This document shows, in pieces, positions 57,910 through 64,000 of a stretch of DNA of 64,000 nt. Under the pieces are notes generated by a model. The model had not been told where the DNA came from. It searched no databases and saw nothing but the letters and a program-made list of their open reading frames with translations. The stretch lies in contig OZ252251.1 in assembly GCA_965249725.1 (NCBI GenBank), positions 416,001-480,000 on the forward strand. The letters run 5' to 3'. This stretch comes from Longimicrobiales bacterium. Lineage in GTDB: Bacteria; Gemmatimonadota; Gemmatimonadetes; Longimicrobiales; Gaopeijiaceae. The stretch's first letter is position 1. Every line of letters begins with the position of its first letter. A program made the position numbers and the translations under genes.

Positions 57910-58811
57910 TGCGACCTCTCTCGGTCGTCTGGAGGACGCTCGCCGTGGGGTTGCTGATCCTCGGCGGCACCGCCTGTCAGCCGGACGCAGCCGGTGAGGA
58001 AGGGGAGGGCGCACAGACCGCGGAGGTCGCCGGTGAGCACGAAAACGTCATCATCGACCTTTGGGCCGCCGGTACCGCGACGTTTGGCGTTTTCGTTCCC
58101 AATGAGCGCCCTCCCACCGAGGAGCAGAGGCGGGGCGGAGAGCGACCCGCCCCGGTCTACACTCGCGAGGGTGGCGAGAGGCTGGCTCAGAATCCGCTCT
58201 ACGACTTCCTCTTTCTGAATCTGGAAGGCCGATACGACGTCGCAGCGGTCGGGGCCATCGCCGAGGGACTCCGCAGCTCCAGTGCCGTCGGGCGAAAGAC
58301 GCTCCTGGTGCGCATCCCGCCCCTCGAGAGGGATGGAGAGGGGGTCACCCGGGCCCGCGTGAGAGAGATCCTGGAGCTCGGGGCCGACGGGATCGTGTTT
58401 CCCCACGTCAGAAGTCCGGAGGAGGCTCGGACCATCGTGAGTTTCTTCGATGATACCGGGGCAGACGTGTGGTCCCCCGCGAATCCGACCGGTGAAGTAC
58501 TCGCCATGATCATGGTCGAGGATCCCGCGGCCGTGGCCGCTGTGGAGGAGATCGCCGATACTCCCGGCTACAGCCTATTGGCCTGTGGCATCGGGAGCCT
58601 GAGGGGGGCGCTCGACGGAGATCGAGATGCCGCAGAGGCGGGGAACCAGGAGGTGCTCCGGCACGCCAGGCGCGTGGGGCTGCCCGACATGATCACGGCC
58701 AACGCCGGGGACATCGAGGCGCGGATTCAGCAGGGCTTCCTGGGCCTGCTCATGCAGGGCCCCGAGGCCGACGAGGTGATTCGGATCGGGCGGGCGGCGG
58801 CAGGCCGGTAG
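57909..58811 (+). CDS. HpcH/HpaI-fold lipoprotein (degenerate active site)
   Basis: Lipobox GTAC, LVRIP, GADGIVFPHV, MVED, with GIGSL in place of GPxDL. Confidence 0.8.
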   Translation: MRPLSVVWRTLAVGLLILGGTACQPDAAGEEGEGAQTAEVAGEHENVIIDLWAAGTATFGVFVPNERPPTEEQRRGGERPAPVYTREGGERLAQNPLYDFLFLNLEGRYDVAAVGAIAEGLRSSSAVGRKTLLVRIPPLERDGEGVTRARVREILELGADGIVFPHVRSPEEARTIVSFFDDTGADVWSPANPTGEVLAMIMVEDPAAVAAVEEIADTPGYSLLACGIGSLRGALDGDRDAAEAGNQEVLRHARRVGLPDMITANAGDIEARIQQGFLGLLMQGPEADEVIRIGRAAAGR

Positions 58812-58849
58812 CCGGCCGCAAAGATGGGCCGGCCCAGCGGGTGGAACGC

Positions 58850-59380
58850 CTAGCGGCTTCCCGTCGTGTCGGGTGGCTCGGTGTTCGCCGCGACGTAGGC
58901 GGTCGCGAACTCCTCGACCTTGCCCTCTAGAGCTTCCTGAAGAGCCGCTTGGGCCGTGGTCGCATCTCCTACACCCACCTCGGTCGACCACCAGGTGACG
59001 GCCTCCGGCAGGGAAATCTGGGAGTCGCGCGTCATCTGGGCCGACTGTTGCACGCGGACCGCAACGGAGTAGGCGACGGCGCCCGAGCCCTCTCCCGCGG
59101 CACACTCCAGTGTGATCCGCAGCTCCGGCAACGCCGGATTCCGGAGCATCTCTCCCTCGGTGAGCAGGTCGACCTCCGATTCGACCAGAATCGATTCCGC
59201 GTCGGCCTGAACTACCTGGCGTGTCATCCCGACGCTCTGGCACGTGGCTGCTTCGGTTCGTACGAATACGCCGCCGAGGTCCTCGAGCGTGTAGCGATTC
59301 CATACCGTGTCTTGCGCTACCACGTCCGTGGGAATCGACATCACCGTCAGCGCGACGAGCGCGCACACTATCCGTCTCAT
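58850..59380 (-). CDS. Hypothetical secreted protein
   Basis: Signal peptide MRRIVCALVAL...VVA-Q; GGAG RBS upstream. Confidence 0.7.
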   Translation of the reverse strand: MRRIVCALVALTVMSIPTDVVAQDTVWNRYTLEDLGGVFVRTEAATCQSVGMTRQVVQADAESILVESEVDLLTEGEMLRNPALPELRITLECAAGEGSGAVAYSVAVRVQQSAQMTRDSQISLPEAVTWWSTEVGVGDATTAQAALQEALEGKVEEFATAYVAANTEPPDTTGSR

Positions 59381-59419
59381 TCTTCTACTCCGTAACGTCT
59401 ATTCCGTAATCGGCCGGCT

Positions 59420-61243
59420 CTATCTCGACGCGCCGCCGCAGGATCTGCACTGATGGTTGTTCTCTGAGCCCAGCTTCTCGAGCAGGGCGATCGTGACGGG
59501 GTGCGGCTGAGCTCTCTGCTCGGGGCTGTTCGCCAGGTCGGCGGTGGTCTGGCCGCGCCGGCTGATCAACATGACGTCCGCTCCCTGACTGACCAGGTAG
59601 AGGATCGTCTCGTTGTCCCCTCGCGCGGCGGAATGATGAAGGGCGGTGTAGCCGTCCTTGTCCCGCAGGTTCGGGTCGACTCCCAGCTCTTCGATCAGGT
59701 ACACCACGGCGGGAAGCCATCCCTCAGGCACGTGCCGGTGCGTCTGCGCGACACGAGACGTACCGAAGCCCACGCCGGACGCGGCGTGGATGGCATGTGT
59801 GCCGGGCCCACCGTGGGGCACTACGGGCAACCCGGAGGGATCCTGCGGTTCCGGCTCATTGTTGGCCGGGTTGTTCGGTACGTCCGGGTCCACGCGACGG
59901 GGGCGAGGAAGGTTGTACGTCCAGATGTTCGGGTCGGCGCCGTTCGCCACGAGCAGCTGCATGGCCCTCACGTCCGCGGCGTAGGCGGCGCGCCAGAAGG
60001 GCGTCGCGCCCGCGAAGTCCACGCCCATCCGCCCCGCGTTGTATGCGGCGTACCAGATGTGGGTGGTGACCCTCTCATTCGGGTCCGCGCCGGCCCGGAG
60101 GAGCAGCTCCATGAGGTCGAGATAGGAGGTTTCCTGCTGGCGGAACGCCTGGGGCTGAGGGTACCAGGTCCTGAGCGACCACTCGATGTTGAGCGTCGCG
60201 AACAAGGGCCCGGCCCCGTCGTCACTGAGCAGGTTGGGGTCCGCCCCGGCCTCGAGGAGATCTCTGCCCAGGTCGTAGTTGCCGTTGATCACGGCGACCA
60301 GAAGGGCGCTCGACTGGTCCCCGGCCGTCACTTGATCGACGTCGGCCCCGGCGTGCACCAGAAGACGCGCCGCATCGATGTGCCCTTCGCGCGCCGCGAA
60401 GTGGAGTGCCGTGAACCCGCCCTGTAGCCCGATCTGCTCATTGGAGGAGAGGAGTTTCGGGAGCTTGGGGACTCTCGGCTCCTCTGCGGGCGTCGCGGAA
60501 TTCTGCTGCCCACCGCTGGGTTCCTCGGCCTCAGCATCCGGGTCCGGATCTTCGGCGGCTTTGCGCACTCGCGCGCGTCGCTCGCGTTCGGCCGTCGCCG
60601 CGTCCGCGATCTCGACGTAGTTCTTCACGGCGGTCGTCGCGGAAAGGTCGGCCCCGGCGTCCAGGATCGCCTGCATGGCCTCGAGTGCGTTTCGGACCGA
60701 GGCGAACATGATGGGTGTGCGGTTCGAGAACGAGTCCTCGGCGTTCACATCAGCGCCGTACTCGGCCAACGCGGCGACGGCATCCGCGTCGTCGGCCTCG
60801 GCCGCAAAATGAAGAGCCATGACTCCGGTGGTCGTGTACTCGTTCGGGTCGGCTTCGGCCTCGAGCAGCGCCCGCACGATGGCCGAGTGACCTGCCCGAC
60901 TGGCAAGGTGCAGGGGCGTGTACCCACCTACCCGCGTGACCGGTTTCACCGTAGCACCGGCGTAGAGCAGGACCCGTGCGATCTCGACTTGGTCGTTGAG
61001 GGCCGCCCAGTGAAGCGCGGTGAGCCCGTCCGCCTGGGCCGCGTTGGGATCGGCTCCCTGCTGCAGCAGCGTGCGCACCGCTTCTGCATCGCCCCGCTGT
61101 GCCGCGTCGGCCACCGGCGCCTCCACCGGCGCTTCCACCGGCGCTTCCACGGGGGCCTCGGCGGGCGTGGCGCCCGCCAGCACGGTGAGCGTCAGCGCCA
61201 GGAGTGACGCCGTCCGGAGCCTCGCCTTCTGTTTTCCTACCAT
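59420..61243 (-). CDS. Secreted ankyrin repeat protein with a C-terminal CxxC
   Basis: Multiple G.T(A/P)LH.AA...LL..GAD.N repeats; ends NNHQCRSC. Confidence 0.92.
   Translation of the reverse strand: MVGKQKARLRTASLLALTLTVLAGATPAEAPVEAPVEAPVEAPVADAAQRGDAEAVRTLLQQGADPNAAQADGLTALHWAALNDQVEIARVLLYAGATVKPVTRVGGYTPLHLASRAGHSAIVRALLEAEADPNEYTTTGVMALHFAAEADDADAVAALAEYGADVNAEDSFSNRTPIMFASVRNALEAMQAILDAGADLSATTAVKNYVEIADAATAERERRARVRKAAEDPDPDAEAEEPSGGQQNSATPAEEPRVPKLPKLLSSNEQIGLQGGFTALHFAAREGHIDAARLLVHAGADVDQVTAGDQSSALLVAVINGNYDLGRDLLEAGADPNLLSDDGAGPLFATLNIEWSLRTWYPQPQAFRQQETSYLDLMELLLRAGADPNERVTTHIWYAAYNAGRMGVDFAGATPFWRAAYAADVRAMQLLVANGADPNIWTYNLPRPRRVDPDVPNNPANNEPEPQDPSGLPVVPHGGPGTHAIHAASGVGFGTSRVAQTHRHVPEGWLPAVVYLIEELGVDPNLRDKDGYTALHHSAARGDNETILYLVSQGADVMLISRRGQTTADLANSPEQRAQPHPVTIALLEKLGSENNHQCRSCGGASR
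61111..61160. repeat. 12-bp tandem repeat x3-4 encoding (E)APV
   Basis: AEAPVEAPVEAPVEAPV immediately after the signal peptide. Confidence 0.88.
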
Positions 61244-61287
61244 GTCTCGTTCCCTCTGCCCATATGAGGCCCCTTCAGCGCCCCCTC

Positions 61288-62676
61288 CTAGATGGAGAAG
61301 GTGCCCGTGCTGTTACCGAACTTCTCGATGTCGTTCACCCCCAATTTGTGCAGCATGTCGAGCATGACGTTCGCCATGGGGGTGCCGATCGGCGCCTGGA
61401 TGTGCTGTCCGCCCTCCAGCTGACCGTTGGCGCCGCCCACCACGAACAGGGGACACCGGATGTGGTTGTGGAGGTTGCTGTCCGCCATGGCCGATCCGTA
61501 GACGATCATCGTCTTGTCCAGGAGATTGGCGTCTCCCTCGACGGTGTTCTTGAGCTTGTCCAGGAAGTACGGCAGCATGGACACGTGGTACGCATTGATG
61601 GCAGCAAAGTCCTTTACGCGATCCTCACGACCACCGTGGTGGGAAGCCGAGTGGAATGGAGTGCTGACGCCGCTCTCGGGGTAGACGCGGGGTGATGCGT
61701 CGCGCCCCATCTTCAGCGTGAATACACGGGTTGTGTTCGACAGGAACGCCAGCACCTGCAGGTCGAACATCAACTCCATGTGCTCGGCGAAGTCGTCCGG
61801 AACGCCGACCGGTGCTTCGGGAATCTCCCTGACCTCACCGCTCGCGTTCTGCGCTTCGATGCGTTGAATGCGCTGCTCCAGCTCACGGATGTTCTCCGTG
61901 TACTGGTCGAGACGGTGCTGGTCTGCGGGGCCCAACTCCCGGCGCAGCGCCGAGATCTCCTCGAGCATCCAGTCGAGGATGCTGCGATCGGCTTGGCGAC
62001 GCTGAGCGCGCTGCTCGGGCGTGCCCCCCGCGCCGAACAGCATCTCGAACACGGCCCGCGGATCGCGGACCATGGGGAGCGGCTCGCCCGGCGCAGCCCA
62101 ACTGATGGTGTCGGTGTACGCGCACGCGTAGCCATACGCGCATCCGCCCGCCTGGTCCACGTTCTCGATGGACAGCTGCATCGACGGGATGGGCGTGTCC
62201 TGTCCGAGGCTCTTGACGTAGAGCTGGTCCAGGGACGTCCCGATGTGAACGTCGGAGCCTTCGGTCTGCTTCGGGTGTGCCTGCGTGAGGAACACCGCCG
62301 CGGTCCGGAAGTGGTCTCCGCCGATCTCTTGGGGGGAGAACGCGTCGGCCATCCTCGAATCCGTGTCGCTGACAATGGTCAGGTAGTCGCGGAAGGGCTC
62401 GAGTGAACGCAGGCTCGTCGGCGAGAGGTCGAAGTCACGGCCCGTGGCCTTGGGCGACCAGAGGTTGAGGGACTCTCCAAGCTCGTTACAGCCGGCGGCA
62501 CCGTGCACCTGCTCGATGCACACCAAGCGCGTGCGCTCGGCCGCCACCACAGCGGGCGACGATGCCCACAACCGCCTCGCCGGGATCATCGCATCGAGAA
62601 GCGGAAGGCTGAACGACGCACCCACGCCGCGCAGGAGTTGCCGTCGTGAAATGTGCTTGCCGGTAATGAACTCCAT
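61288..62676 (-). CDS. DUF1552 domain Tat-exported protein
   Basis: SRRQLLRG...LPLLDAM, GGDH, TSLDQ, GYACAY, FHSASHH, LLDKT, NLHNH. Confidence 0.9.
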   Translation of the reverse strand: MEFITGKHISRRQLLRGVGASFSLPLLDAMIPARRLWASSPAVVAAERTRLVCIEQVHGAAGCNELGESLNLWSPKATGRDFDLSPTSLRSLEPFRDYLTIVSDTDSRMADAFSPQEIGGDHFRTAAVFLTQAHPKQTEGSDVHIGTSLDQLYVKSLGQDTPIPSMQLSIENVDQAGGCAYGYACAYTDTISWAAPGEPLPMVRDPRAVFEMLFGAGGTPEQRAQRRQADRSILDWMLEEISALRRELGPADQHRLDQYTENIRELEQRIQRIEAQNASGEVREIPEAPVGVPDDFAEHMELMFDLQVLAFLSNTTRVFTLKMGRDASPRVYPESGVSTPFHSASHHGGREDRVKDFAAINAYHVSMLPYFLDKLKNTVEGDANLLDKTMIVYGSAMADSNLHNHIRCPLFVVGGANGQLEGGQHIQAPIGTPMANVMLDMLHKLGVNDIEKFGNSTGTFSI

Positions 62677-62715
62677 CGGTTCCGACCTCGTCGAGGTTGC
62701 TTGTACAGGAAGGCC

Positions 62716-64000
62716 CTACAGGCCCGCCGACGTCTCCTCATCTTCGATCCGCGTCATCTGGAAGGCCGGGCTGTTCACGACCCCCATCACGAATGAAGAG
62801 AAGCGGTAATCGTTTTCGGCGGCGGCGCGCGTGATCGCACGAACCGTCGGTAGATCGAAGTACTCGACGCGCCTGCCCAGCCCGTAGGCCATCAGGTTCT
62901 CCGTGAAGATGCGGTAGAAGACCTCGGGACGGCTCAGCAGTGCCGCTCTCAGGTCTGCGGGCCCCTGCAGGGGCGTTCCGTCATAGAGCTCGCCGATCGG
63001 GTCAATGGGGTTTCCTTCGTCCCGAATTCGCCAGGCTCCCGTTACGTCGAAGTTCTCGAGCGAGAGCCCGATGGGGTCGATGACCCTGTGACACGCCATG
63101 CAGACCGGGTTGGCGCGGTGCTGCTCCATGCGCTCGCGCACGGTCAGGAAGCGCCCGTCGATGTCCTCGTCGGTCTCTTCGAATGCGGGTACGTCGGGTG
63201 GCGGCGGTGGCGGCGGCGTCCCGAGCAGAACCTCCAACACCCACTTGCCCCGGAGGACCGGTGAGGTGCGGTTCGCGTGAGACGTCATGGCGAGAATGCT
63301 GCCGTGTCCCAGGATTCCCCGACGGCGGTCGTCGGGATAGGTGACTCTCTGGAACTCGGGTCCGGTGATGCCCGCGATGCCGTAGTGCCGGGCCAGACGC
63401 TCGTTGATGAACGTGTAGTCCGCGGTCATCAACTCGAGGACGCTTCCGTCCTCGTGGATGAGATGCGAGAAGAGCAGCTCGGTCTCACGCCGCATGGAGT
63501 GGGCGAGAGTCTCGTCGAAGTAGGGGTACGAGAGAGCGTCCGGATCGATCTTGTCGAGATCCTGGAGCCGGAGCCACTGGCCCCCGAAACGGGATGCAAG
63601 AGCGTCCTCGGCCCGTGGATCAGCGAGCATCCGGCGCGCCTGGCGCTCCACCTCACCGGGACTCGAGAGCCGGCCGCCTTCAGTCAGGTCGATGAGCTCC
63701 TGGTCGGGTGGGGCGCCCCAGAGGAAGAACGAGAGGCGCGACGCCAGGTCCACATCGCCGATGCGGTGTACCTCTCCCGGACTGGCTCCGGCGGGCCGCT
63801 CTTCCATCCGGAACAGGAAGTGCGGGCTGGCCAGCATCGCCTGAAGCGCCATGCGGATGCCGCCCTCAAATCCGCCGTCCTCGGCGCCTCTGTCATAGAA
63901 GGCCAGCAGCCCCCGGGCGTCGGTGTCGTTGAGTGGCCTTCGATAGGCCTGGGCGCCCAGGTCGGAGACGATCTGCTCGGCGCATGGCCGCGCTTCCTCG
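62716..64000 (-). CDS. DUF1592/DUF1588/DUF1585 (PSD-type) c-heme protein, 5' end outside the window
   Basis: AYRRP, SPHFLFR, LASRLSFFLW..PD, TSPVLRG.W, CMACH, LENFD..G.WR. Confidence 0.9.
   Translation of the reverse strand, partial: EEARPCAEQIVSDLGAQAYRRPLNDTDARGLLAFYDRGAEDGGFEGGIRMALQAMLASPHFLFRMEERPAGASPGEVHRIGDVDLASRLSFFLWGAPPDQELIDLTEGGRLSSPGEVERQARRMLADPRAEDALASRFGGQWLRLQDLDKIDPDALSYPYFDETLAHSMRRETELLFSHLIHEDGSVLELMTADYTFINERLARHYGIAGITGPEFQRVTYPDDRRRGILGHGSILAMTSHANRTSPVLRGKWVLEVLLGTPPPPPPPDVPAFEETDEDIDGRFLTVRERMEQHRANPVCMACHRVIDPIGLSLENFDVTGAWRIRDEGNPIDPIGELYDGTPLQGPADLRAALLSRPEVFYRIFTENLMAYGLGRRVEYFDLPTVRAITRAAAENDYRFSSFVMGVVNSPAFQMTRIEDEETSAGL

Overview
High-GC bacterial genomic window. 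The gene families present (DUF5916, DUF1592/DUF1552, DUF2911, ADOP-type permease, many secreted TPR proteins) suggest Gemmatimonadota or Acidobacteriota; that assignment is inference. I find about 50 CDS and no rRNA, tRNA, CRISPR array or transposase. The main blocks are: (1) RraA, an ANKH/MATE-like transporter, an M19 dipeptidase and an FG-GAP protein; (2) a 7-gene Gfo-DUF1080-GMC-Tat subunit-MFS-Gfo-TIM barrel operon resembling oxidative (3-keto) glycoside-cleavage pathways; (3) a tandem array of four CBM9-like/DUF5916 putative outer-membrane proteins; (4) a stretch (21.4-36.7 kb) with several gene lesions: a 16-nt insertion frameshift, an internally deleted permease, an in-frame TGA between GGDEF and EAL, a truncated GATase and a TPR remnant; (5) a minus-strand operon comDE-like, D-aminoacylase, a fifth DUF5916, a peptide SBP, an interposed vapBC module with its own promoter and operator, oppBC and Gfo; (6) AKR, dapB, PP2C, a DUF3179 protein with Ser-substituted redox motif, amidase-CHRD, DUF4382 behind a sigma54-like site, a GWxTD-like protein and two exported HpcH-fold paralogs; (7) a DUF1592-DUF1552-ankyrin(CxxC) cluster running off the right edge. 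Short 8-21 bp tandem duplications recur near gene ends across the window. All family calls come from motif recognition by eye; no database searches were run.
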